Virus record (IMG/VR): IMGVR_UViG_3300024261_000005
Direction: 5' to 3' (one strand)
DNA: 64,000 bases
Origin: a virus
The notes beneath the pieces are model-generated. The model saw only the letters and a program-made list of their open reading frames with translations. It did no database searches and was not told the DNA's origin. The position numbers and the translations under genes were made by a program. How positions within the stretch are numbered: position 1 is the stretch's first letter; each line of letters opens with the position of its first letter. Shown piece after piece: positions 31,801 to 41,400 of this stretch.

Positions 31801-33045
31801 CCCATAAAAGGGGTTCTTAGTTAGTAGCTCTTTCTTCCCTGCTTTGACTCTGTCTATATTTAAAGTATCCAACTCCTTCTCATATCTGCCGTATTGAAAT
31901 CCTTTGTGAAACTTATCTCTATCTAAAGGTGCCAATCCAGTACCTATAGTTCCACGATGTGCATTTAGGGCTTCAAGTGATTCTTCTGCTAAGTCATTTA
32001 TTTGGCCACCAAATTGTTTCGCCTCAAAAGAGGCATTAGCAATCCAAGTTACTTTCCCTTTGAGTGCGCTAGCTAAATCTCCTGTCATTAAATCTTTTAT
32101 TGATGAAGTGTGCTTCCAGGTTAAACCACCTGTAAATCTTTCACTAATATCGCTAAGATCTCTACCGCTCGCCTTACTGATCATCTCTACGAGCTCGTTA
32201 GTATTTCCGACACCACCACTAGAGATTCTTTCGAATACTCGTCGCTTCTCTATACTCTCAGGAGTTAGTTTACCTGTCGCCCTGTCAGTACCAATTTTAG
32301 CAGTCTCCAACTTAGCTTCATCAGCCATTAACAACGCTTGGAACCTATCCGTCTTGATTAAGTAGTCCTCAACACCAGAGACTACATCTTTTTTGCCTGC
32401 TTCAGGAACAACACCTTCAGCCAAGTCGAATACTGATATCTTGCCTGTAGTGTACTCATTAGCAAGATTCTTTACGGTGTCACCCATAGTAGTAACATCT
32501 TCGCCAGCCTTAATCATATCTATTAAAGTGCTGGCAAACTTACCATCCTTGTGACTTTTAACATCATACCTTCTAGAGGCTAATCTGCGCCCTCTACGAG
32601 ATAGTCCCTGCTCACCACCTTCTTTATCAGTAACTATCAGTTCAGGCGTGGGCCTGAACATAAGACCCTTCTTTTCGGTAGGATCATACAAAGCTATTTG
32701 ATGAATAATATCTGGGCCTCTAAGGCCTGTAGTTTCTATGTCCAGGAAGACAGACTTCTTAATTATTTCATCTCTGGATAGACTTACATTTGGCCCAACA
32801 TTCTTTATATTATATTTTGGAGCACCCGTAGAGTCTGTACCGCTACGTTCCGAAGCATGAATCGAGATTATTTCAGCCTTCTTACCATAGACTGCTTTTA
32901 CCTTCTGAGCTATATCTGCTTCTACTTGCTTTGGAAGTAGGGCGAAGCCGTATTCTTCCTTCTTGCCATTGACAAGTACTTCAACAAAGACATATTGAGG
33001 ACTACCACTAGTGTTGATATAGGTGTGATACTTATTCTTAATCAT
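28861..33045 (-). CDS. Large protein: N-terminal DEDDh exonuclease-like domain, Pro-rich linker, C-terminal SNase/thermonuclease domain
   Basis: VFLDIETTGL, IANASFE, HMALGD; and DADTV..IRLAGIDSPE..YGRQVG..NLELVKRGAA..AQESKRGMW. Confidence 0.75.
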   Translation of the reverse strand: MIKNKYHTYINTSGSPQYVFVEVLVNGKKEEYGFALLPKQVEADIAQKVKAVYGKKAEIISIHASERSGTDSTGAPKYNIKNVGPNVSLSRDEIIKKSVFLDIETTGLRGPDIIHQIALYDPTEKKGLMFRPTPELIVTDKEGGEQGLSRRGRRLASRRYDVKSHKDGKFASTLIDMIKAGEDVTTMGDTVKNLANEYTTGKISVFDLAEGVVPEAGKKDVVSGVEDYLIKTDRFQALLMADEAKLETAKIGTDRATGKLTPESIEKRRVFERISSGGVGNTNELVEMISKASGRDLSDISERFTGGLTWKHTSSIKDLMTGDLASALKGKVTWIANASFEAKQFGGQINDLAEESLEALNAHRGTIGTGLAPLDRDKFHKGFQYGRYEKELDTLNIDRVKAGKKELLTKNPFYGVIEGVSATSGDPFYSTNLAYNKIKAQALKSKDYSGLYEAVLKHTGEGDVRDILDLVKSQQSQLINQGIIDEKAPTSLSMEVQGRLYGFTEQMRLAETEGRQLSMDDAIKSLKEAESHMALGDTSVTEARVFSESMEQLEAKRLVDLGGAEGKELFRQASEGKGAYFRHMAYGSLANYFNQQAKLSGGEVSAGLDELGFRQRIGKSMVEMAENKSLVTRQQKPGYRVVEQVKKLGDITEKSKVQVGPKSKQVHLTSVDDVLKHLENLDEYKHVDKTQALVEARTKYSSFFDASGTVVEATKGSMREVALKDAEASDKVVDMFARRLGDGQVTKQFLDNIQMFIGSRDIERTSITPATPPLKPRGSRRSIVPTPRVVPPSPPGAGAKPPGPATPPSPATPPRPTPGVKPPGPIPPPPPSVPPTPRVVPPVSSAAESVSRTAQRAESPTLSKGLREIGKSHLGKYGILTGALAVLSTRTAHKEEQGELLAPNYEQFLEAQSQFYGNDQEAYINSVKAKYGRLEGLPQTGLASMLNKAFTDFGSPYQGPAYTQGVLEDHKLRRERHKYIQQKFGVRHFSEQGDIGFFFKRFLSTAFRRQMGTSKESRNIIFSGAKPIDQERYGTGVRGKNLIEYEFDKSRFEINVEDADTVSIKRKGNINSPLSSFMGTGRQDSMSIRLAGIDSPEIAHQDRRAQPFAEKAKAIASELIAKAKDVRLVGRQGDTTYGRQVGMIYVDGKNLNLELVKRGAAAYLPYKSKGKPPIYNQKAFEDAQESAQESKRGMWNTGYFQAYKEISKASGETVTFNTLANISKVSRNANLMSIYSLMNQADRAGGVTDQIMGDITQTAERFKASQSKNNTSIFRPDKKFSSAHELDLQSFGYNTNSILSSLDQIKSDLGSMIKSRGSKKNEYKLNTRSLRENNYHMVKDTLAARNVHEAAKVNKQRENQLAEMQKYKRQVMMESLQLSANKNMFNSPIGHNRM

Positions 33046-33823
33046 CTAAAAGAATCTCTTTCGCACCCTCAGGAGCTTCAATAGAATACAGCGCTTCTCT
33101 CAGTTTAGAGATCTCTTCCAATACTCTAGAGCTGTTATTAGATTCGCCCATCTTTAACATGAATTCTGCTTTAGTCTTTCTAGTTTGAATCAGCTTATCC
33201 AACCACTTCTCTCTACGCTTCTCCAACTTATCTATCATATCTATTACAGGGTGCAACTTAGTAGTCTCAGCCCTATCCCCATTCTCATTAAAGCCAGTAA
33301 CATCTGTCATCATAAAGTCTCTACCGTCACCCTTCTTATCTCCTTGAGACAAGACCATAAGACTTCTATTCTTATATAAATCTATTAGAGCCAATTCATT
33401 GACAATAGACATCTCCACAGGATTATTAGGGTCTACATCTAGATGCTGCAGATAGTCTACAATCTTCTGCTCTACATAAAACTTCTCCATCACACACTCC
33501 CTACCTATAGGATACTGTGAGATCTCACCAAAATCTAACTCACCACAATCATCCATATCTGGTATTGGACAGCGCTTTACAAAAGGACACTTTTCGGGAC
33601 CTAAACATATCAAAGGTGCAGATGCATGCACACCACTCTTAATTGCACTAACAGAACGTTTAACGCGCGCCAATTTTTTATTGTCTAATCTAGCTAGATA
33701 GGTAGAGTATTCATCATTGGACTTTGTTATAGTTTCAAAAAATTCGTTCTGACGTAGCTCTTTAGAATCAACTTTAGTAAGAGTATCTTTCATATCACTG
33801 GCCTCCTGATGCTTTGACATCAC
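33038..33823 (-). CDS. Putative terminase small subunit
   Basis: First gene of the morphogenesis operon; Cys cluster (C..EKCPFVKRCP) plus helical LHPVIDMIDKLEKRR..L..TRK region. Confidence 0.5.
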   Translation of the reverse strand: MMSKHQEASDMKDTLTKVDSKELRQNEFFETITKSNDEYSTYLARLDNKKLARVKRSVSAIKSGVHASAPLICLGPEKCPFVKRCPIPDMDDCGELDFGEISQYPIGRECVMEKFYVEQKIVDYLQHLDVDPNNPVEMSIVNELALIDLYKNRSLMVLSQGDKKGDGRDFMMTDVTGFNENGDRAETTKLHPVIDMIDKLEKRREKWLDKLIQTRKTKAEFMLKMGESNNSSRVLEEISKLREALYSIEAPEGAKEILLDD

Positions 33824-33854
33824 TATACACCATTACATAACTCAAAGGAAAACA

Positions 33855-34283
33855 ATGTCTTCTACAGTATACCTACCAAAAACTGAACTATACCCATACT
33901 CAAGACAATGGAACCTATCAAACTTATGGAGGCTTAGTGAAGATTTGCCTGTAACAGAGATGTCGGTGTCTGAGCTATGGGACAATATGTACTCAAAAGT
34001 ATGGTGCTGGCAAAATGAAGACGAAGTAATCAACAATGAATTCTTTCTACATCACATGAAGCGTGTCTTAGATGCAGACTTAAACTACTCAATAATACTC
34101 TCTGAAGAAAACTATATATTTGATGGAGTGCATAGGTTGATGAAGTGTAAGTACTTAGAGATAGAGACAGTAAGTTGCGTGCAATTTACAAAAGACCCAC
34201 TAAGTAACTCTGACCAATCAGAGTTAGAATTTTTAAAAAAACTACAAAAGTCTAGGAAGGCTTTTTCTGAACGTACCACATAA
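33855..34283 (+). CDS. ParB/Srx-like protein
   Basis: ADLNYSIIL...IFDGVHRL motif. Confidence 0.65.
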   Translation: MSSTVYLPKTELYPYSRQWNLSNLWRLSEDLPVTEMSVSELWDNMYSKVWCWQNEDEVINNEFFLHHMKRVLDADLNYSIILSEENYIFDGVHRLMKCKYLEIETVSCVQFTKDPLSNSDQSELEFLKKLQKSRKAFSERTT

Positions 34284-34290
34284 GGAACAA

Positions 34291-34515
34291 ATGAATTATA
34301 CACAAGCGGAACTACCGAGATATGAATTATCTAAATTGAATTTAAATGAGATAAACATAGAAATAGGCGCGCATGAAAAAGTAATAGAGTTCTATGAAGA
34401 CTATCTATTGCGTAAAGGAGAAGATATTTGGGTGAACCAAAGACTAACCCATTTCTATGGACAACTAAGTGAATACATGATAGCTAGAGAGTTACATATA
34501 GAGGTATCAACATGA
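34291..34515 (+). CDS. Hypothetical protein
   Basis: ORF with AAGGA SD. Confidence 0.55.
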   Translation: MNYTQAELPRYELSKLNLNEINIEIGAHEKVIEFYEDYLLRKGEDIWVNQRLTHFYGQLSEYMIARELHIEVST

Positions 34516-34576
34516 TTTTCTTAGCTATATTTGTCGCCTCAATAATACTGCTGTACGTAATAGCGGAGTATATTGC

Positions 34577-35329
34577 ATGAAAAAAATCGCCTGTTTAGCC
34601 ACTGTACAAGAGAGGCAAAGCTCTCTGTTGCAAACAATAGCTTCTATCTACAATCAAGTAGATGAAGTACACGTGTATTTAAACGACTACGAAAGAAAAC
34701 CAGCTATACTTTACGTAAAGGTGTTTAATAACTTCAAAAACGTAAAATTACATTTTGGACCAGAATTAGCTGGTGACTTAGGTGACGCCGCTAAATTTTA
34801 TTTTATAGATAAACTCCCTGAATGTTATTACTTTACATTAGACGACGACCTCTTTTATCCTCAAAACTATGTAAAAAAACATCTAGAGTTTCAAGAATAC
34901 TTTAATAATGAGATAATAACTACATATCACGGGCGCTCTCTATTTAAATTCCCTTTGAAAGGCTTTTACCACCCAGAGCTCTCTTCGGATGTAAAGTGCC
35001 TTCGTGAATCTAAATACCCGCAGTTCACTCAGTTTGGGGGCACCGGCGTAATGTGTATTCCTACTCATAAAATAAAACTCGCTTTAAACGATTTTGGTGC
35101 TGAAAGAAACATGGCAGATGTGTGGGTTGGAATATATTCACAACGCAACAATATACCAATATTAACTTTGCCTCATGCTCAGGGTGAAATAACGCACAAT
35201 AAGATAGACATGAAAACCACTACATACAGTACGTGCAACAAAGCAGATGCACCTAAAGATGTTATCAATAGAGAATTAGACGGATTGAAACTCGTGACCT
35301 ACACGATGAAAGCAGATATGAAACCATGA
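34577..35329 (+). CDS. GT-A fold glycosyltransferase
   Basis: IASIYNQVD, GDAAKF, FTLDDDLFYP, GGTGVM, NMADVW. Confidence 0.8.
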   Translation: MKKIACLATVQERQSSLLQTIASIYNQVDEVHVYLNDYERKPAILYVKVFNNFKNVKLHFGPELAGDLGDAAKFYFIDKLPECYYFTLDDDLFYPQNYVKKHLEFQEYFNNEIITTYHGRSLFKFPLKGFYHPELSSDVKCLRESKYPQFTQFGGTGVMCIPTHKIKLALNDFGAERNMADVWVGIYSQRNNIPILTLPHAQGEITHNKIDMKTTTYSTCNKADAPKDVINRELDGLKLVTYTMKADMKP

Positions 35330-36090
35330 AAATAATGATTGGATTGCCCGCTTGGAAAAGACCTAATGTATTAAGGGTGCACACTTACTATATGACCAAA
35401 TATATAGTTCCGGAATTGAACAGAAGAGGTTTTGAGGTAGACTATTTGGTTGTAGGCAGTAGCAAGACTGAAAGAGACGTTGTCGAAAAGTTTGGTAATG
35501 TCGAATTTTACGAAATGCCAAATATATTGTCTAATAAAAATAACCATATATACAACCAAGCGAAAGCCAGGAATGTAGACTTTTTACTTTGGCTCGGCTC
35601 TGATGACTTTGTGGCTTTAGACTTACTTCTGTTTTCAATAGAAGTCGCTATAAAGAATGAGTACTGGTCATCATTGAAGAACATGTACATGTACGATTCT
35701 TCTTTAAAAGTCATGAAGCATTTTATAGGCTATTTGCCTGGGGCCAGCCTAGTGGAGCATGGTTTGGGCGCAGGCAGGATCTATACTAAGAAAGCATTAC
35801 AAAGCCTACCTGAAGATGTTTTTGGTTACAACAAGATGAGTGGTATGGACGGCTGTCTTAAGCAAGCACTGGATCAACTCAATGTTCCAGTAAATCAAAG
35901 ACTGATTACGTCCAGTCCAAATAAAACTATGTTTAGTTTTAAAACAGAGCAAAACATATGGTCGGTAAATGATTTCCCTCCGCAAATTTTACATACGATG
36001 GATTTCGATTTTAACAGTGCTAATTTTCATTGGCTGGATGATTCTGTAAAAGTGATGTTGGATATGATTGAGCCAAAAAACCTTATGTAG
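35326..36090 (+). CDS. GT2-like glycosyltransferase
   Basis: IGLPAWKRP, LVVGS, LGSDDF, GAGR. Confidence 0.7.
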   Translation: MKIMIGLPAWKRPNVLRVHTYYMTKYIVPELNRRGFEVDYLVVGSSKTERDVVEKFGNVEFYEMPNILSNKNNHIYNQAKARNVDFLLWLGSDDFVALDLLLFSIEVAIKNEYWSSLKNMYMYDSSLKVMKHFIGYLPGASLVEHGLGAGRIYTKKALQSLPEDVFGYNKMSGMDGCLKQALDQLNVPVNQRLITSSPNKTMFSFKTEQNIWSVNDFPPQILHTMDFDFNSANFHWLDDSVKVMLDMIEPKNLM

Positions 36091-36418
36091 AAAAATAAAT
36101 TATTAAATTAAATATTTTAGAAACGCGTTTTTTTAATACGGGTCAAAATGTTGGCCGCAAAAAGTATAATAGTAGGGGTAGGGACAATATACAGGCTGTT
36201 AAATGATAAGTATGGATTATGTTTAGGGATAAGTTAAGCCTATTAGGGGAAGATAGTTATATAGATTATATTTAGGGGTATTTATATTAATGGTAGTTTT
36301 GCACTTTTAAAGTTGCGAGCCTACCCCCGTTTGAGCATGGGTTAAGCTTACCCCCTACACGTCAGTGATAAATCAAACACCTACATCACTGATTTTTTGT
36401 CCCAGAAAGGACATTATT

Positions 36419-36952
36419 ATGGATACTTGGCAAATCATCGTCACAAGCATCATCATCTTTTATATTGCGTTCTTCACTCAATACTTATTCTTAGGATGCT
36501 CTATTTTGGAATTCATCGAGAATAAGAAAATTGAAGCTGAGAACCAAGCCTTCCAGGCATGGAAGCTTGGCTTCATCGCCCCTGGGAAGCTTGCTTACAT
36601 AAATGCAATCGCGTCTCAGCCCTTCTACCTCTTTGAGGTAGCAACCTGGGAGCGAGTACAAGTCTTTCATCACGTTGATGAAGAGTGGTACGATATTGGC
36701 GCTCATGCCTTGAGAGGTTACGTGAAGATCAACAAAGAAGGTGTAATTGGCCTCTCTAAAGGTCGGCATCTCGTGGAGAGTAAGTGTCGTATCATGATTC
36801 GAGTTAATGAGGGTGGGCCTTGCTATATCCTGGACCCTTCACTCAAGGAGGGTGAGAGGAACACGTGGCATGAGCGTTACAAGCCTTATCGTGTGGAGCG
36901 CAGGTTCCAACGTCAGCAGTGGCCAAATCGTTGGGGCGGAACGTCCATCTAA
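36419..36952 (+). CDS. Hypothetical protein with N-terminal TM anchor
   Basis: GAAAGGAC SD before ATG 36419 (track start 36365 less likely). Confidence 0.6.
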   Translation: MDTWQIIVTSIIIFYIAFFTQYLFLGCSILEFIENKKIEAENQAFQAWKLGFIAPGKLAYINAIASQPFYLFEVATWERVQVFHHVDEEWYDIGAHALRGYVKINKEGVIGLSKGRHLVESKCRIMIRVNEGGPCYILDPSLKEGERNTWHERYKPYRVERRFQRQQWPNRWGGTSI

Positions 36953-36974
36953 TCCCCCGCTTATGTTTTTTGGA

Positions 36975-36993
36975 ACCCTTCGGGGGCTTTTTT
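36975..36993 (+). terminator. Rho-independent terminator
   Basis: Short GC stem with TTCG loop followed by T6. Confidence 0.6.
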
Positions 36994-37105
36994 AATTTAC
37001 CCTACTTTAATGGATGATCTAAGCACATCCATCTCTCATGTTGAGGGTAAAGCACATTAGTGCAATGCTTCTACGCAAACTCTAGTTGTCGAAAAGGACA
37101 TCATC

Positions 37106-38227
37106 ATGCGTAACTTATCTATTCTGGCCTTCATTGGCTTCTCTATCATCTTTAGTGGCTGTGGTACAATCCGTACCGCAGCCATTGCGATTCACCATGA
37201 CACCTGTATCGCACACTACAACATGTTTGTGTGCGCTACTCCTGCGCCACCTGCTGCCATCGAGAGCGATAAACCGTGTGTTGGCACTGCTGTACGTAGC
37301 AGTACCAGTGCCACTATGACGACCTTCGGGTCAGTGGGCACTAAGGGTTGTAAACTCCTTCATCAACAACTACAGATAAAATCCCTTAAGAGTAAGGCAG
37401 GGACGAAGTGCAGCATCAACAACAACCAAGAAGTTGTATGCGCTGGGCTGAACGGTCCCATTGCGTTGGCATTCCTTCTTCTTTTCGCTCTCGGTAGAGT
37501 ATTCCCCCGTACAAGAGTAGCGTGCGGTGTTATCGCTATGGTTATTGGCATTGTAACATGTGTGTCAGATGCTAATGCCAAGTGCACTGAGCTCTCATCA
37601 TTTGAAGAGGCCCACAAAACAGGTGACATGTTTGCTCCCATGCGTTTTAATGCTACCGCAAGCATTGCAAAACCGATGCTAGATATGATGTTGAACGAAG
37701 ACGCACAACCGTCAATTCGTAAATTTGCAATTAAAATGATTAACGACCATTATTTTTGCAATGTGGGTAACGACCCTAAGGCGATCATGGAGAAAATAAC
37801 AGCAACCAAAGATTTCCTTAATCTAGAGTGTAAGAAAGAAGGCGATGAAGTTAAGTGTGCCGGCCTTAACCATCCTGGAGCTCTCTTACTCGTTTTATTC
37901 TTCTTCCTGTTAGCTCGATTGGAGGGCAACAGGTCTGTATCCGTAATTGTTCTCAGTGTTATGGGATGCTTGGTGGCTTCTTTTGCCGATGCGGCAACAA
38001 AAGACGGCTGCACCCTCAATAATGAGAGGGTCTATGAGGCTATCGAGAATTCCTGCACGCCTGACATCCTGATGAGCCTGATCGAGGAGGTCGATCTTGA
38101 GTGTACTGAGGAGCACCGTATGGAGGGCGCTTCACTATCCATGGCTGCTGCTGCGGGTGGCCTGCTCCCAAAAGCAGATCTTCGTTTACGCTTTTTAGAA
38201 GCGCTTTGTTGGAAAATGCAACCGTAG
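37106..38227 (+). CDS. Cys-rich lipoprotein with two internal Cys-TM-signal-peptide modules (putative polyprotein)
   Basis: Lipobox FSG|C; repeated CAGLNxP-hydrophobic-R...hydrophobic-AxA. Confidence 0.7.
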   Translation: MRNLSILAFIGFSIIFSGCGTIRTAAIAIHHDTCIAHYNMFVCATPAPPAAIESDKPCVGTAVRSSTSATMTTFGSVGTKGCKLLHQQLQIKSLKSKAGTKCSINNNQEVVCAGLNGPIALAFLLLFALGRVFPRTRVACGVIAMVIGIVTCVSDANAKCTELSSFEEAHKTGDMFAPMRFNATASIAKPMLDMMLNEDAQPSIRKFAIKMINDHYFCNVGNDPKAIMEKITATKDFLNLECKKEGDEVKCAGLNHPGALLLVLFFFLLARLEGNRSVSVIVLSVMGCLVASFADAATKDGCTLNNERVYEAIENSCTPDILMSLIEEVDLECTEEHRMEGASLSMAAAAGGLLPKADLRLRFLEALCWKMQP

Positions 38228-38272
38228 TTGCTCTACTAGTCTTTGAAAGCACACGATTAAGAGACACCTGAA

Positions 38273-38310
38273 GCCCTGAAGTGCACCACTGCACTCCGGG
38301 GCATTTTTTT
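38273..38310 (+). terminator. Rho-independent terminator
   Basis: GCCCTGAAGTGCA-CCAC-TGCACTCCGGGGC followed by A and T7. Confidence 0.7.
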
Positions 38311-38412
38311 AATTTATTCCCTTTAATGGAGAGCTTATAGCGACTCTCCAACCTTCTACCAGAAGGTGCCAATTCTGGCGAGCTATACACCACCAAAGAA
38401 AGGGACGAGAAA

Positions 38413-41400
38413 ATGCGTAACGCCATTATCTCATTCTTCTTCGGCCTGCTGTGGACTACTGTATGCTATTCAGTGTATGTAGCCCCACAAGCAGCGTCTG
38501 TGTCCGTCGTGGATGCAGCGCCAACTTATGTAGCAGAGGCTCCAAAGTCTCTTGCTACCAACCGCACCACACCAGCAACCGTTAAGATTGACCATCTTCG
38601 CAGTACTACCATTAACAGTGGAAGCTCTACCCCTAGTCAGAGTACCTTCCCCATCAACCACAGCGCATTACGTCCTAATAATTGTCGTATTGTGCGCCGT
38701 AGAAAGTTGAAGTCACGAAAAGGTAATCACCTGATTGGTGATGTCTTTATCAAGTTCATTTTCAGTTACCACCGTGTAACTTACATGAGCGACAACTGGT
38801 TATGTTATGAAGAGACGCCTTACACAGAGGCAGACTTCAAAGTGAGCGACCCAGCTAAGGCCCGCAAGAAAGCAAAGAAATCCTGGCGGCAGCTAAAGGG
38901 TGAGGCAACACGTCTTTACCAGAAAGCTGCGGTTTTACGTTTGCGCAATCCAGAATATCCGCCTGCAATAGCTCGTGCGGTGTTTGCCAAAGCACAAAAA
39001 CTTCATCACCGCGCAAATGTTATGAAGAAGGCACTCAAAGAGTCTCAACCAACGGCGCGTCAACAGCGTCTATTCAGACGAGAGCTCTTCAGGGCACAAG
39101 CAAAAACTTGCCAGCAGTTCATTAAAGCTGAGATGGTGAGTAACGTTGATGAAGCCAATGAGCTGATTCAAAAGGTTCTCAGCGGTGATACTAATGGAAC
39201 TGCATTGAGACTATTACAAAAGAATCAATTAGGCCGTATTTACATAAAGCATGGCCTACTGCAAGTAGCGGCAAAAGAGGAAAAGGTTGAGAGACCTACG
39301 AATCCACGAGTCGTACACCACAAAGTAAAGCAAGAAGAAACACCTGTAAGAGTGTGGACGCCATTGATGCGTGCTGCTATCGTTCTTGTCGCACCACTTA
39401 TGTTAGGCATGAGTGCAGACGCAGGTACCCTAGTAGAAGTTGCTTACGCGGGTGCAACCACAGCGACAATACTGAAGATGACCTTGCAGAACATCTTGAA
39501 CACTCCAGCACGTAAGCGTGAAGCGGCGCAAGACGGGTACAATCGCTATGCTGAGCAGTCTATCAAGTCTGCAAAGAGTAGTGAGTGGGATGTCTTCTCG
39601 CTTATGCGCTTTAGCCGTAGTGGCAAGGGTGGAGTGAATCCCAACGGTAAAGCTCACTTAACCGACAAACAAAAGGGCAGATGTGTTCGTATCGTCCAAG
39701 ACAGCATTGGTGGAGCTTACTGTCCGAAGGTAAAGTCATTCGCCAAGATGCTCGGCATTGAGCTCGGCGTTGATAATTGTCTTCGCTACGAGATCGATGA
39801 TCAAATGGATGAGGTACTAAAAGCTGACGTAGTAGAGATACTTATGGCAGCTCGCTTTATTATTCTGTGTGATGGTTTTGCTGTCCACGAGAGTATTGCT
39901 CGTCCATTCATTGAGTACGGTGAGGCGATGTTTGAGAACGCAGTAGGTGTAAGATCTTACTTCCGCTCTTTAGTCACTACACCGTCTTTATACGTGGTCA
40001 ACGAAGATCTACCCATCTTCTTGGCTGACCTAGCCACTTTAATGGGTTGGGTTGAAAACGATGGTGGTGCAGTGCACACGAACCGCCTTTCGATCTCGAT
40101 GCAGTTTAGAGGAATTGCTAAGGTACTCGAGAAGAAATACCATGTTCTCAGTAAGGGCATTTCTACAGGTGCCAAGGTGATCGCTGACATCACTGACGGT
40201 ATTGATAAGCCTAGTTTCGTTAACTACGAGGGCGATGAGCCAGGCCACGTCAAGGGTGAGGTCCGCCTAAGCAAAAAGGTAGACGAATGCATTCGTGTTG
40301 CAGTCGAAGAAGAGTTCAATGCTCTCCACGCTGTGAATGCTGCAACAGAACAACAACTGTGTCTCGTCCATGGCATTGGGATTGAGACCGCCAAGAAGAT
40401 CATCAAAGCACGAGTAGATGCAGGGGGACGATTTACAGACATGGACGCTTTCTACGGTGTGTCTAAACGTCTCGATCCTAATAACCCCGATGCCCTTAAA
40501 GTATTACGCTGGACCTTTGGTCACAAAGAGCGTGTATATAGTGTGGGCTTGTTCCTTGATAAATCTACATTGAAAGGGGCAGATAAAAATGCCTGGGATT
40601 TTGATAAGCTCAACCTTTTCGGCATCAATGGGCAAAATGTTGATTTCTGGGCTATCGCTATCGATCAAATAGGTGGTGAGATTTCATTGGGATGGCAAGT
40701 TGTTCAGCTATTAGATGCCGACTTCATCGGTGGATTGTTTCAGAACCTTGATGGTAGCTATGGGATTGCAGCTGAGAAATTAGCAAAGCAAATTGACAAT
40801 GCTATTGAAGCAGAGCACCCGCTGGTAAAGAAACTCATTAATGCTATCGATGATGAAGGTGGTGAATACGAAGACCTTATGCCAGCTGTGAAGGCCATCT
40901 CTGTCTTGCAGGGCCTTGGCAAGACCGCGTCCAAGCGCATCAGCAATGGTCTCGGTGCAAAGGCGGGCTCCTACTATGTCCAGATGATCGACATGGGTGG
41001 CGACTGGGTCATCATCAAAACACCCAAAGCTAAGGACGGTAAAGGCTTTAAGCGCTGGGCTGCATGTTTCTTCGGCCGCACGCCGAACCAGGGACATGAA
41101 ACTGTGCGTGCTCCCATGGCACTTTCACCATCTTATGTTGGCGCATTCTTGAGGGATTACCTCAAAGATGGACTTGAAGGAGTTGAGAAACATGGCAAAC
41201 AAGCAGAGCAGTTTTGCATGAAACTGAATATTAATTGCGGTCATGACAATGATGCAACTCGTTTACGCTGTCGTGCGATCTTGACTATGTTACCGGGTGT
41301 TATTGATGGCATTGCTCTCGTTGACAGCACTCTTCAACAAAAAGTGTGTGGAGATAACGACGGTGATAGAAATATGATCAGCTTCGATAAGATGCTGGTC

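Noticed and set aside
1903-33379. Plus-strand ORFs antisense to the structural genes (e.g. 1903-2370, 12943-13473, 20233-20455, 21619-22113)
   Set aside because: Shadow ORFs of long minus-strand genes and repeats, with no recognisable domains.
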